Shown: positions 27,095 to 36,690, numbered from the stretch's first letter. The stretch: 64,000 nt of DNA from an uncultured delta proteobacterium (GCA_963816145.1 CAWFJP010000003.1:128001-192000); one strand, 5' to 3'. Translations and numbers: made by a program. The notes: generated by a model not told the origin, from the letters alone.

Positions 27095-27376
27095 TTAGAT
27101 ATCCAGAAACTTCTTGTCAATTGCCCTACGAAGAATCTTTTCCGTATAACTTTTTCGAAAATGGAAGGTCGTTTGGCTTTCCCATCGCCACCGCTTCTCT
27201 TTCTTTTCCTTACGAAAATAACCGAAGCGTATCATAGGCTCTTTTGCACCTGGCCAAAGGACTCTTTCGATCACCATAAGGTAATTTCCGCCCTTGCCGG
27301 AACTTCCGGTTTTCGAGTCGAGGGCGCGCTGTCTAAGGCGGGCGATTTCCCATCCATGGTCATCAAGGCAGCGCAA
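27095..27376 (-). CDS. Small basic hypothetical protein
   Basis: Protein-like composition (IRFGYFRK..WRWESQTT); start uncertain. Confidence 0.5.
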   Translation of the reverse strand: MRCLDDHGWEIARLRQRALDSKTGSSGKGGNYLMVIERVLWPGAKEPMIRFGYFRKEKKEKRWRWESQTTFHFRKSYTEKILRRAIDKKFLDI

Positions 27377-27666
27377 GAAGGTGGCGAGGTTCTTCCTCTG
27401 CGTTTCCCGCGCCGCTTGGCCAGGCGGGCGCGTGGTGTTTCCTCCGAAACGGACCTCCGTCTTTAGCTAGTGAAAATATTCGACGAGACCAAGAAGGCGA
27501 ATCGTGAGTACAAAATCTCAGCACGAGCAACGGGATGTTATCCGTAAGGCGAGGTGGCAGCGCAAAGAAGAAATACACGAGGCCAAAACTGCACGAGCGA
27601 TTTGAATGTGAACGCCAAAGGCAAGCCGTAGGCGCAATCCTTCGAACGAAGTAATTCGATGGGTTT

Positions 27667-27879
27667 TCATTCGAGCATCTCGACCGCCATCGCAATGACA
27701 GTGACAATGACCAGCCCTAAAATTATGCCCATGATCCAGTCCAACGTATAACTTTTTCCTGGAAGTAGACGTTGTGATGGGGATCCCTTGTTCGTAGACC
27801 TGCAGATTATGGCGACCAGTATTGGAATCCCGAGTATCGAAATAACGAGACCAATTACGTCGAGCATTCTGTCTTGCAT
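27667..27879 (-). CDS. Small two-TM membrane protein
   Basis: Two hydrophobic segments; GAGG RBS upstream. Confidence 0.55.
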   Translation of the reverse strand: MQDRMLDVIGLVISILGIPILVAIICRSTNKGSPSQRLLPGKSYTLDWIMGIILGLVIVTVIAMAVEMLE

Positions 27880-27958
27880 ACAACTTCCTCTTTCGCGCCT
27901 AGCCGACCCCCCGCTAGAAGATCACCAAGATCTGCTATAGGGTGGCGTTAATATCTAT

Positions 27959-28001
27959 TTCTACGTTATAAATAGCATTATAATATATTTATAACGTAGA
28001 A
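27959..28001. promoter_or_regulatory. Perfect AT-rich inverted repeat (16-bp arms), candidate operator
   Basis: ttctacgttataaata-N11-tatttataacgtagaa, 17 bp upstream of ATG 28019 and between divergent genes. Confidence 0.6.
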
Positions 28002-28018
28002 TAAGGGGCTGATACAAC

Positions 28019-28519
28019 ATGAAAAAGGGGCGTCCTCCGAAATTTAAAGAACCGCGCCGTCCAATCACAGTGACTCTTCCTGAAAAGACTCTCGCGCAGC
28101 TCGCGGCTATCGACCCTGATCGTGCCCAGGCAATCGTAAAGGCAACCAACGCGGCGGTGGCGCCTGACGCGAAGGAGCGCAAGCCGGTTGAACTCATCGA
28201 GATCATGCCAGGGCTTGCCATTATTGTCGTTGGACCTAGCCGATATCTTCCAAAGATTACATGGCTTCGCTTGGTCGAGTTGGCGCCGTTACGTTTTCTC
28301 CTAACCATTCCCTCAGGCACTGCAGTCGATTCCGTCGAGTTAGCGGTTATCGATCTGCTCCAAAACCTGAAACCGAACGAGGAGTGGGAAAAATCCATAC
28401 TGGAGGCGCTCAGAGACTTGATGCGTCACTTGCGGCTCAATGGTAAACTGTCTAAGGGAGAAATCCTGTTCGTCGACACGAACCCAATCAATAACATAAA
28501 ACAGAGAAGTCGAGCTTGA
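28019..28519 (+). CDS. Hypothetical protein, putative DNA-binding (GRP AT-hook-like plus RHH-like N-terminus)
   Basis: MKKGRPPKFKEPRRPITVTLPEKTLAQLAAID; 166-aa ORF. Confidence 0.75.
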   Translation: MKKGRPPKFKEPRRPITVTLPEKTLAQLAAIDPDRAQAIVKATNAAVAPDAKERKPVELIEIMPGLAIIVVGPSRYLPKITWLRLVELAPLRFLLTIPSGTAVDSVELAVIDLLQNLKPNEEWEKSILEALRDLMRHLRLNGKLSKGEILFVDTNPINNIKQRSRA

Positions 28520-28629
28520 GTTGTTGACTCCAACGTGGCGCACAAACGAAAAAGACGTCCATATTCTCGCGGACGCCTCTTTGCTCTCGTGCATTCCCGT
28601 GGAGACGGAAAACTGCAAGTAAGACTTCA

Positions 28630-29061
28630 ACTTTGTCCTGCCCGTGAAGTCAAGGTTTTTTTTGGGTCGCGGCGCTCCGAATCGCCCGCTGATTTCGTCC
28701 GATAGCCTCGACTTAGGACTGCCCGAGCGCACGTTGGCCTTGAATCTGTCGAACTCCTCGACGCCCTTGTAGGTCTCGACGAGACGTTTCTGCTCCTGGG
28801 TGAACGGCACCTTACTTTTCGCGAGGGAAGCGCATCTTCTTGTAGACGGCGTTGCCTTACCCATCGGTGGCACGCGGAAAGTTGTTGTGGGGGGGGGGCG
28901 GCGACTATCCGTGCAGAAGTTGGCGCACATGCGGGCTGTTTCCTGAGCACAAATAGTCTGCGACACTGTTGCCACGCGCACCCGTTGAGGTCCATCAGGT
29001 GCCCCCCACTGCCGCCTCCGCCAAGGCCAGCATTGTCACACGGGATAATGTTCCAGGCCAT
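28630..29061 (-). pseudogene. Probable frameshifted gene remnant of unknown family
   Basis: GGAGGT RBS and ATG at 29061. Protein-like segments switch frames around a G10 run at 28889-28898, e.g. HNNFPRATDG*GNAVYKKMRFP and KVPFTQEQKRLVETYKGVEEFDRFKAN. Confidence 0.35.
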
Positions 29062-29244
29062 TGTGTACGGATTTACCTCCTAGCCCGCCCGCTTTCCGGC
29101 GGGTCGAAACTTAAATTCAATCCTCCATCTTTTCGGCGGAAGATTCTCGTCGACTGTTCCTATAGGGTGTTCCCGCGATGGATATCCTAAATACTCGCGC
29201 GCGGAGCCGCCGGCCTTCGAGCGTTCATTCTTAAAGAGCCGGCG

Positions 29245-29451
29245 AAGGGCAAGAAAAAGCGCCAGCGGAATAAATACGCCGGGCTCGTCACTCACGACTT
29301 ACCGCACTGCGCTGCGCGCAACTTGTCGCGCGCCGGCGTCTGCGAGCAAATCATCAAGTCAGTCACGGGGCACAAGACGCCGAGCATGTTCCGGCGCTAC
29401 CGCATGATCGACGAAAAGCAGATTCGCGAGGCGCTGGAGAAAACTCACTAA
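29245..29451 (+). pseudogene. Tyrosine integrase C-terminal remnant
   Basis: KYAGLVTHDLPHCAARNLSRAGVCEQIIKSVTGHKTPSMFRRY: box II with HxxR changed to HDLP, while GH and the catalytic Tyr are retained. The N-terminus is missing. Confidence 0.88.
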
Positions 29452-29573
29452 CACTTAAGCGAAAAACTCGCGGCCAACACGGGGCGAATATGAGAACACG
29501 GACTAAACACGGACAATCGTCCGAATCGCTATCTGAGTCGGTGCGGCAACTGCTTGAAAAATTTGGGGTTGAA

Positions 29574-29649
29574 TGGTGAGCCGTGCTGGATTCGAACCAG
29601 CGACCCTCTGCTTAAAAGGCAGATGCTCTACCGCCTGAGCTAACGGCTC
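29574..29649 (-). tRNA. tRNA-Lys (UUU)
   Basis: Reverse complement GAGCCGTTAGCTCAGGCGGTAGAGCATCTGCCTTTTAAGCAGAGGGTCGCTGGTTCGAATCCAGCACGGCTCACCA. Confidence 0.97.
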
Positions 29650-29751
29650 GTCGCTGGCGGAAAAATCGAACTTCTTTCTTAACGGGATTATTGCCCTAAG
29701 TCAAACAACGACAGTAATTTCGTCGGCTTAAGCCGGGCAGACTTAGAAGTT

Positions 29752-30585
29752 TCATTTTTGTTTTGGGTCGAGGATATCGCGCAAACCGTTGCCCAACGTG
29801 TTGAAGCTCAAGATCGTAAAAAAAATCGCCGCGGCGGGGAAGGCGATCATGTGCGGATAGCTGCGCATGGCGCGGTAGCCGTCTTGGGACAGCGTGCCCC
29901 AACTTGTGCCCCAACTGCTGTAAGGATCGTTGATGCCGATGCCGATGAAGCTTAGCGTCGATTCCGCCAAGATCGCCGATGGGATACTAAAAGTCAGGGT
30001 GACGATGATCGGACCAACGATGTTTGGCATGATATGCCGAAGCAGAATTCGTCCTCTTGAAGCGCCTAATGCGCGCGCGCTTTCGACAAACAATAATTCT
30101 TTTGTCTGCAATACCTGGCCGCGGGCGATGCGCGCGAAGCGCACCCAGGACACCAGGCCGAGGGCGATCAGGAGGCCGCCGATGTTTCGGCCGAACAGTA
30201 ACGATAGCAAAATGAAGATCAACATGTCCGGCAGGCCGTAGAAAATGTCGACGATGCGCATCATCAGATGATCGCAATTGCCGCCTTTGAATCCGGCCAA
30301 GAGGCCATAGGTCGTGCCCAACAGCAGTGAGATGAACGCGGTACCGAGGCCCACGGCAAGTGAAACCCTTGCGCCATAGAGAACCCGGGTGAACAAGTCG
30401 CGCCCGAGACCGTCGGTGCCCATCCAATGGCTGGCGCTCGGGGTTTGCAGCATCTGCTTTTCTTCCAGACCGCCAAGGCCGTAGGGGGCGATCCACGGCG
30501 CCAGACAGGCGGCGACAAACACAAGGCCGACGAAGAGCGCGCTGAGGGAGATGATGAGATCGAACGGTTTTTGTTCGGCGTTCAT
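29752..30585 (-). CDS. oppC: Oligopeptide ABC permease OppC
   Basis: HWMGTDGLGRDLFTRVLYGARVSL; EAA loop FVESARALGAS. ATG 30585. Confidence 0.92.
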   Translation of the reverse strand: MNAEQKPFDLIISLSALFVGLVFVAACLAPWIAPYGLGGLEEKQMLQTPSASHWMGTDGLGRDLFTRVLYGARVSLAVGLGTAFISLLLGTTYGLLAGFKGGNCDHLMMRIVDIFYGLPDMLIFILLSLLFGRNIGGLLIALGLVSWVRFARIARGQVLQTKELLFVESARALGASRGRILLRHIMPNIVGPIIVTLTFSIPSAILAESTLSFIGIGINDPYSSWGTSWGTLSQDGYRAMRSYPHMIAFPAAAIFFTILSFNTLGNGLRDILDPKQK

Positions 30586-30590
30586 AGAAA

Positions 30591-31508
30591 CTATTCGACA
30601 CGGATGCGCGGGTCGACGAAGCTGTAAAGCAGATCGACGACCAGGTTGGCGCACACCAATAGCGTTGTGTAGACCAGCGTGACGCCCATGATGAGTGGAT
30701 AGTCGCGATCGGTGACGGCGGTGATAAAGAAACGACCCATGCCGGGAATGGCGAAGACGTATTCGACGACGAATGAACCGGTCAGTAGCGCCGCTACCAG
30801 GGGACCCATGACGGTCAAGACCGGAATCAGCGAATGCAGCAGCGCGTGCTTGGCGATCACCACGGACTCTTTCAAACCCTTGGCCCGCGCGGTTCGGACA
30901 AAATCTTCCCCCATGGTTTCAATCAAGGTCGAGCGCAACAGCGATGCCAGGAACGCCGTCGGCGCCGCCCCTAAGGTGATCATTGGCAGCACTATGCTCG
31001 ACCAGTCGTCCCAACGGCCGATCTGTAGCCAGCCCAGTTGCAGCGCCACCGCCCAGATCAAGAGCGCGCCCAAGACGAAGTTGGGCAGCGAAATGCCCAG
31101 CGCCGCGAGCGACATACACAAACGATCGATGATGGAGTTGCGATAATAAGCGGCGAGAAGGCCGGCGGGAAACGCGACGAACAAAGCGAACAAGATCGCC
31201 AAGCCGCCGAGGACGATGGAGGTCGGCAGCGTGTCGGCAATGATTTCCGTGACGCCGCGATCGAGATATTTATAAGACGGCCCCAAATCGCCCTGAGCGA
31301 TGGAGCCTAAGTAGCGCAGGTACTGCTGCCAAACCGGTTCGTCGAGATGATATTTGGCTTCGAGGTTGGCGATCACTTCCGGCGGCAGCTTCCGGTCGCT
31401 ATCGAAAGGGCCGCCGGGGGCGATGCGCAGCAAAAGAAACGTCAGCGTGGCGACAACCCAGAGGACCAGCAGACCATGCAGACATCGTTTCAACAACAAG
31501 CGTAGCAT
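30591..31508 (-). CDS. oppB: Oligopeptide ABC permease OppB
   Basis: APGGPFD; GDLGPSYKY; DFVRTARAKGL; FAIPGMGR; RDYPLIMG. Confidence 0.93.
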   Translation of the reverse strand: MLRLLLKRCLHGLLVLWVVATLTFLLLRIAPGGPFDSDRKLPPEVIANLEAKYHLDEPVWQQYLRYLGSIAQGDLGPSYKYLDRGVTEIIADTLPTSIVLGGLAILFALFVAFPAGLLAAYYRNSIIDRLCMSLAALGISLPNFVLGALLIWAVALQLGWLQIGRWDDWSSIVLPMITLGAAPTAFLASLLRSTLIETMGEDFVRTARAKGLKESVVIAKHALLHSLIPVLTVMGPLVAALLTGSFVVEYVFAIPGMGRFFITAVTDRDYPLIMGVTLVYTTLLVCANLVVDLLYSFVDPRIRVE

Positions 31509-31526
31509 GGGAAAAAAGATTCTATC

Positions 31527-31597
31527 TCACCACGAAGGCACGAAGGTCACGAAGTTCGGAATATTAATTGTCCGAAACCTTCGTGTCTTCGTGGTGA
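31527..31597. repeat. Intergenic palindrome, CACCAC(G/A)-type family
   Basis: tcaccacgaaggcacgaagg...ccttcgtgtcttcgtggtga. Related copies at 33066-33142, 53243-53307 and 56486-56560. Confidence 0.8.
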
Positions 31598-31612
31598 AAG
31601 GGAATTTCGTCA

Positions 31613-32980
31613 TCACGCCGTAATTGTCGCGGAGTACTCCTCAAGCTTCTTTTCCAGCCAACGCGTGTTCACATTGCCGCTGCGGTAATCGTCGTCGGCG
31701 ATGACGACTTTCAGGAATGGAATCAACGTATCGATGCCTTCGACGTGAAAGTTATCCAAAGCGCGATTGGTTTCGTCGGCCGATTCCTCGCGGCTCTTGC
31801 CGTGAACGATGAGCTTCGCCAAGAGCGAGTCGTAATACGGCGGCACGAAGTAGCCCGAATAGCAGTGGGTGTCGAGTCGAATGCCCGGACCTGTTGGACC
31901 TTGCCAGCTCGATATCAAACCAGGGCAGGGGCGAAAGCCATGCTGCGGTGATTCGGCGGTGATGCGGCACTCGATGGCGTGGCCGTTGAAGCTAATATCG
32001 GATTGTTTGAAGGTCAGCGGCTCGCCGCGGGCGATGCGCAACTGCTGCGCGACCAGATCGACGCCGGTGATCATCTCGGTCACCGGATGTTCGACTTGGA
32101 TGCGCGTGTTCATTTCGAGAAAGTAAAAGGCGCGGGTGTCGTTGTCATAAATGAACTCGATGGTGCCGGCGCTCTGGTAGCCGATAGTGCGCGCCAGGGT
32201 CGCCGCAGCGTTGCAGATCTGCGCGCGCACTTCCACGGGCACGGCATAGGCCGGTGCTTCTTCGACGATCTTCTGATGGCGCCGTTGCAGCGAGCAATCG
32301 CGCTCGCCTAAATGGATCACGTTGCCATGCTGGTCGCCAAGAATTTGCACCTCGATGTGACGCGCGTTGCCGACATAGTGTTCCATGTACAGCGTGTCGT
32401 TGCCGAACGCAGCGCGCGCCTCCGCAGCCGCTGTGCGAAAGGTGTCTTCGATCTCCTGCTCGTTCCACACGAGCTTAATGCCGCGGCCGCCGCCGCCGGC
32501 CGAAGCTTTGAGCAGCAGCGGATAACCAATCTCTTTGGCGAACAGCGCGGCTTCATGGGGGTTGCGCGCATGATCCGAACCCGGCACCAGCGGGACGCCG
32601 GCGCCGCGGGCGATCTTACGAGATTCGAGCTTGTCGCCCATCATCGTGATGTTGTCGGCGCTGGGTCCGACGAAGGTAATTTTATTATCGACGCAAGCCT
32701 GGGCAAGCGCCGCCCGCTCTGACAGAAAGCCGTAGCCGGGGTGGAGCGCGTCGCAGCCGGTTCCGTGCGCTGCCGCAATGACGTTCTCGACTTTGAGGTA
32801 GCTATCGGCGGAGCGGGCCGGACCGATGCAGACGGAGCGATTGGCCATCTTCGCCGCCATGCTTTCGCGATCGGCGTCCGACACCGCAGCGACGGTTTCG
32901 ATTCCTAGACTTTGGCAGGCACGAATCACGCGCACCGCGATCTCGCCGCGGTTGGCGACCAACACTCGGGTAACACTCAT
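31613..32980 (-). CDS. accC: Biotin carboxylase
   Basis: VLVANRGEIAVR; HPGYGFLSE; GGGGRG; ERDCSLQRRHQK; EMNTRIQVEHPVTE; YDSLLAK. Confidence 0.93.
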   Translation of the reverse strand: MSVTRVLVANRGEIAVRVIRACQSLGIETVAAVSDADRESMAAKMANRSVCIGPARSADSYLKVENVIAAAHGTGCDALHPGYGFLSERAALAQACVDNKITFVGPSADNITMMGDKLESRKIARGAGVPLVPGSDHARNPHEAALFAKEIGYPLLLKASAGGGGRGIKLVWNEQEIEDTFRTAAAEARAAFGNDTLYMEHYVGNARHIEVQILGDQHGNVIHLGERDCSLQRRHQKIVEEAPAYAVPVEVRAQICNAAATLARTIGYQSAGTIEFIYDNDTRAFYFLEMNTRIQVEHPVTEMITGVDLVAQQLRIARGEPLTFKQSDISFNGHAIECRITAESPQHGFRPCPGLISSWQGPTGPGIRLDTHCYSGYFVPPYYDSLLAKLIVHGKSREESADETNRALDNFHVEGIDTLIPFLKVVIADDDYRSGNVNTRWLEKKLEEYSATITA

Positions 32981-33065
32981 GAATACTCCGGAATGGAAAT
33001 GGCGATAGGCCAGGTCTATTTTAACGGGTCTTCAGACTTTTCTGTGAAGCGCGGCTCGGAGATTG

Positions 33066-33142
33066 CACCGCCGAGGCGCGGAGTAAAGCGCTTTTGCTTA
33101 AAACATTCTCCGAACCCGGCAAACTCTGTGCCTCTGTGGTGA
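33066..33142. repeat. Intergenic palindrome, same family as 31527-31597
   Basis: caccgccgaggcgcggag...ctctgtgcctctgtggtga. Confidence 0.7.
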
Positions 33143-33211
33143 ATCCTTCTTCACGGGAAACCAAGACCAACCATTTTAACAAACGCAATCCGTCCCCAGA
33201 TAATTTGAAGC

Positions 33212-33688
33212 TTACGGTTTGACGATAAACAGGGGCTGGCCGAATTCGACGAAGCCACCGTTGGCCGCGACCACTTCGACGATGGTGCCTTTTACGCCGG
33301 CACGAACGCTATTGAAGACCTTCATCACTTCGATCAAGCCGCAGGTGGTATCTTCCGTGACTTGCTGGCCGACCTGAACAAAGGGCGGGGCGCCGGGCTC
33401 GGGTGCGACGTAAAAAGTTCCCAGCAGCGGCGCCGTGACCGCTAAATGGCCGGCGGGAATCGCCGCGGCTTTTGGCGCGGCGGGTGCCGGAGCGGGCTTA
33501 GGCGCCGCTGCCGGGGCGGCTGCGGGTGCCACGCCGATGGCGACGGGTTGCGCGCTAGTACCAAGGGGAATCGGATCGCCTTTGCTGACGGTGATTTTTA
33601 GTTCGCCGACTTCGAGCTGAAAGTAGTCGAAATTCGATTCATCGATCAATTTCAAGATATGTAAGACATCGTCTTCGCTCAGTTCCAT
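33212..33688 (-). CDS. accB: Biotin carboxyl carrier protein
   Basis: Ala/Pro linker; APLLGTFY; biotinylation motif EVMKVF; VEFGQPLF. Confidence 0.92.
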   Translation of the reverse strand: MELSEDDVLHILKLIDESNFDYFQLEVGELKITVSKGDPIPLGTSAQPVAIGVAPAAAPAAAPKPAPAPAAPKAAAIPAGHLAVTAPLLGTFYVAPEPGAPPFVQVGQQVTEDTTCGLIEVMKVFNSVRAGVKGTIVEVVAANGGFVEFGQPLFIVKP

Positions 33689-33802
33689 GACTTCTACCTT
33701 TCTCTCTGTTGTTTGCGATCAAGCAAGGGTTGCAAGAAGCACTTCCCGGCACCTAACATGAAATTTCCCCGGATGGCAAATTGTCCGGCGGATATTGCCG
33801 GT

Positions 33803-35407
33803 CTATCGGCCTCCGTTCGCTGCCGGTTTTACGTTTCGTAAATCCATGCGCGCCATTGAGTTGTATTCCAAACCGGTGAACTTGGGACTCAGCATGGTCG
33901 CTTCGGCTTTCCAAAATAGCGGCGCGATGGCGGCATCGGTCTCGGTAAGCAAACGCTGCGCTTCGTCGTAGAGTTGCGTGCGTTTGGCGCCATCGGACTC
34001 GCTGGCCGCCAGGTCGAGCAGTCGATCATACTTGGGATTTTTCCAGCGGCCGTGGTTATTGCCGCTGTTGGAGGTAAACAGCTTCATGAAGTTGTCGGGG
34101 TCTGGGTAGTCGGCGCCCCAGCCGGCGCGGTGCACCGCAAAGGGGTCTGTCTGAAGCTTTTTGAGATAGACTTTCCATTCCTGGTTTTCGATCTTGACCA
34201 CGACGTTCAAGGTCTTTTGCCACATCGCCTGAATCGCTTCCGCAACCAGCTTGTGGTCCTCTTGGGTGTTATAGCCGAGGACGATAGGCGGCAAGCCTTT
34301 GCCGTCGGGATAGCCAGCCTCGGCCAAAAGCCGGCGCGCTGCTTCAGGATTGTAGGATAAGCCGATCTTTGGATTATGTGCCAGCATGCCCGGCGGAATC
34401 CATGAAGTTGCCGGAGTATTACCGCCTTGAAGGATTTGGGGGAAAATCTCCCGATCGATGGCGAGGGAGAAAGCCCGGCGCAGTTTCGGGTTGTCGAAGG
34501 GTTTGCGGTCGACAGCGAAGCCGTAATACTCGCCGCGCAATTGCGGCACCAGTTTATACTCGGGCAGTTTGGCCAGACGCGGCTTGTCGAGAGTCGGAAT
34601 GCTGTGGCTCTCGTCCATGAAATCCAAATTTCCCTGCTCGTACATGGTCAGCGCGGTGGTCTTCTCATTGATCATGTACATGGTGACTTTGTCGATCGCC
34701 GGTTTGCCGCGGAAATACTTAGCGTTGGCGCGCAGCTCGATCTCGTTTTGCTGTTTCCATGAAGCCAGGGTAAACGGCCCGTTGGTGACGATATTACCCG
34801 GTTGGGTCCAACGGTTGTCATGCTTTTCGATAATATCCTGGCGCTGCGGATAGGTGACTTCAAAAGTCGTGATGGCGAGAAAATAAGCCGCCGGATGGCT
34901 GAGCGTGACGATCAGAGTTTGGTCGTCTTCGGCTTTGACGCCCACCTGTGACGGGTCTTTGAGCTTGCCTTGGGCGTAATCGGCGGCGTTGACGATATCG
35001 AACAGGATGTAGGCGTATTGCGAGGCAGTCTTCGGATCGAGCAACCGTTTCCATGAATACTCGAAATCCTGGGCGCGCACTTTCTTGCCGTCAGTCCATT
35101 GAACATCATCGCGCAGCCTGAAAACAATTTTTTTACCACCGTCGGATACTTCCCAGGACTTGGCGATCACCGGCGCAGGCTTCAAGTCCTTGTCGAACTC
35201 GGTGAGGCCGACCATAAGATTAGCAATCACGTTGAACGAAACATGATCGGTGGCGATGGACCAGTCGAGACTTGGCGGCTCGGTGCCGAGATTGACTCGG
35301 ATTTGGCTGTCGGAGCCGCTCTGGTTGGCGGATTTGCAGCCGGCCAGCGCCACGAAAGTAACTACAAAAAGGGCGAGGAATCGATGGCGACGAGTGAGGT
35401 GATTCAT
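33803..35407 (-). CDS. oppA: Oligopeptide ABC substrate-binding lipoprotein OppA
   Basis: Lipobox LAGC; EPPSLD; WTDG; NGPF; GWGADYPDP. Confidence 0.93.
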   Translation of the reverse strand: MNHLTRRHRFLALFVVTFVALAGCKSANQSGSDSQIRVNLGTEPPSLDWSIATDHVSFNVIANLMVGLTEFDKDLKPAPVIAKSWEVSDGGKKIVFRLRDDVQWTDGKKVRAQDFEYSWKRLLDPKTASQYAYILFDIVNAADYAQGKLKDPSQVGVKAEDDQTLIVTLSHPAAYFLAITTFEVTYPQRQDIIEKHDNRWTQPGNIVTNGPFTLASWKQQNEIELRANAKYFRGKPAIDKVTMYMINEKTTALTMYEQGNLDFMDESHSIPTLDKPRLAKLPEYKLVPQLRGEYYGFAVDRKPFDNPKLRRAFSLAIDREIFPQILQGGNTPATSWIPPGMLAHNPKIGLSYNPEAARRLLAEAGYPDGKGLPPIVLGYNTQEDHKLVAEAIQAMWQKTLNVVVKIENQEWKVYLKKLQTDPFAVHRAGWGADYPDPDNFMKLFTSNSGNNHGRWKNPKYDRLLDLAASESDGAKRTQLYDEAQRLLTETDAAIAPLFWKAEATMLSPKFTGLEYNSMARMDLRNVKPAANGGR

Positions 35408-35479
35408 TCTTGCTTGTCGTTGGTTTAGCGGCTATTAGTAGCGCAGTCAGTCGACTCCTTCAAGAAAGCGCAGGGTTTT

Positions 35480-36511
35480 ATGGACGCCAAAGAACTTCTC
35501 ATGAGCAGCCTTGTGATCGAAGGCCACCGCGACGTTTACGAACAGATCTATCGCAAATCCGTCGGCGAAGAGTCGCCGATCCGCGACGCCGTCGCGCCGC
35601 GCTTGATCCGCGACGGCATCAACATGACGGTTTACGCCATCTCCGGCGATTCTTATTCGCATTCACAGAACACCGGCCGCTACCTGGAAACCGCCCTTGA
35701 ACAGATCGATCAATTTCTCGAAGAAGCGCCGCGCTCCGAAGGCATGATCCAAATGGTCAAGACCCGCGGCGACCTGCCGGAAAAGCCGCAGCCCGGCAGC
35801 GTGAAGTTTATGCTTCACTTCGAAGGCTGCATGCCGCTGCGCGGTAGCATCGAGAACTTGCGTAATTTCTATCGCCTGGGATTACGCTCGATTCAGCCGG
35901 TGTGGAACTTTCGCAACGAATTGGGCGACGGCGTATGGGAAAACCGCACCGGCGGCGGCTTGACCAATTTCGGCGTGCAGGTCATCAAAGAAGCCAATCG
36001 TCTGGGCATGGTGGTCGACCTCTCACATATGAACCGCGAAGGTTTCTTTCAGACCCTCGATGCCGCGACCGCACCCCTGCTAGTCAGCCACGCCAACGCC
36101 TGCGGCATGCTCAAGAATCCGCGCAATCTCGACGACGAGCAGATCAAAGCCATTGCCAAGCAAGGCGGATTGGTGGGCATTCTCGCTTTGCCCGAACGAG
36201 TCGGCGAAGGCCAGGTCGGCATCGAAGACATGCTTAAGCACATGGACTACATCATCACCCTGGTCGGCGTCGAGCATCTAGCGCTGGGCATGGACTTCGT
36301 CAAATACGACGGCCCGCGCACGCTCAAAGACCGCCATCATCCGCTGCACAAAGATCCGCTGATCAAAGGATTCGAGGAGATCGAAGATCTGCCCAATCTC
36401 ATCAACGGGCTGCAACAGCATGGCTACAAGGACGACGACATCCGCAAGATCCTCGGCGGTAATTATTTGCGGGTATTAAAAACCATCTTGCCAGAGCAGT
36501 CGGTGATCTGA
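35480..36511 (+). CDS. Membrane dipeptidase family (M19) protein
   Basis: EGHRD; HFEG; VVDLSH; VSHANA; RNLDDEQIKAIA; LGMDF; ILGGNYLRV. Confidence 0.9.
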   Translation: MDAKELLMSSLVIEGHRDVYEQIYRKSVGEESPIRDAVAPRLIRDGINMTVYAISGDSYSHSQNTGRYLETALEQIDQFLEEAPRSEGMIQMVKTRGDLPEKPQPGSVKFMLHFEGCMPLRGSIENLRNFYRLGLRSIQPVWNFRNELGDGVWENRTGGGLTNFGVQVIKEANRLGMVVDLSHMNREGFFQTLDAATAPLLVSHANACGMLKNPRNLDDEQIKAIAKQGGLVGILALPERVGEGQVGIEDMLKHMDYIITLVGVEHLALGMDFVKYDGPRTLKDRHHPLHKDPLIKGFEEIEDLPNLINGLQQHGYKDDDIRKILGGNYLRVLKTILPEQSVI

Positions 36512-36690
36512 AATCCTGTCGCGAATAAGGTATGGCGTTGCTGTTCGCACTTCGCGGCCCTCTCCGAAAACTTCTTTCCTCCGCCGCGACGGGGGAGGAC
36601 AAAGAGCCTGCCCCGGACTGGATCCGGGGTGGGGGTGCCCATCATGTCAATTTTAAGCGTAGCACCCCCATCCTGACCTTCCCCCGTCGG

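Larger units (their letters stand above)
26921..29610. mobile_element. ~2.7-kb decayed integrative element in tRNA-Lys
   Basis: Flanked by 39-bp att direct repeats. Contains an integrase remnant, paired ACGGAC tandem repeats near both ends, and small hypothetical ORFs. Confidence 0.88.

Noticed and set aside
28340-28981. 213-aa minus ORF as an intact gene
   Set aside because: It overlaps the 28019 gene, and only its middle looks protein-like; treated as part of a pseudogene.
25311-29497. 13-bp match cgaatatgagaac at 25311 and 29485
   Set aside because: Both lie near att sites, but one 13-mer match within several kb can arise by chance and the flanks do not extend it.
31613-33688. Urea carboxylase linked to the urea operon
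   Set aside because: No allophanate-hydrolase or carboxyltransferase domains are present, and a full urease is already encoded.
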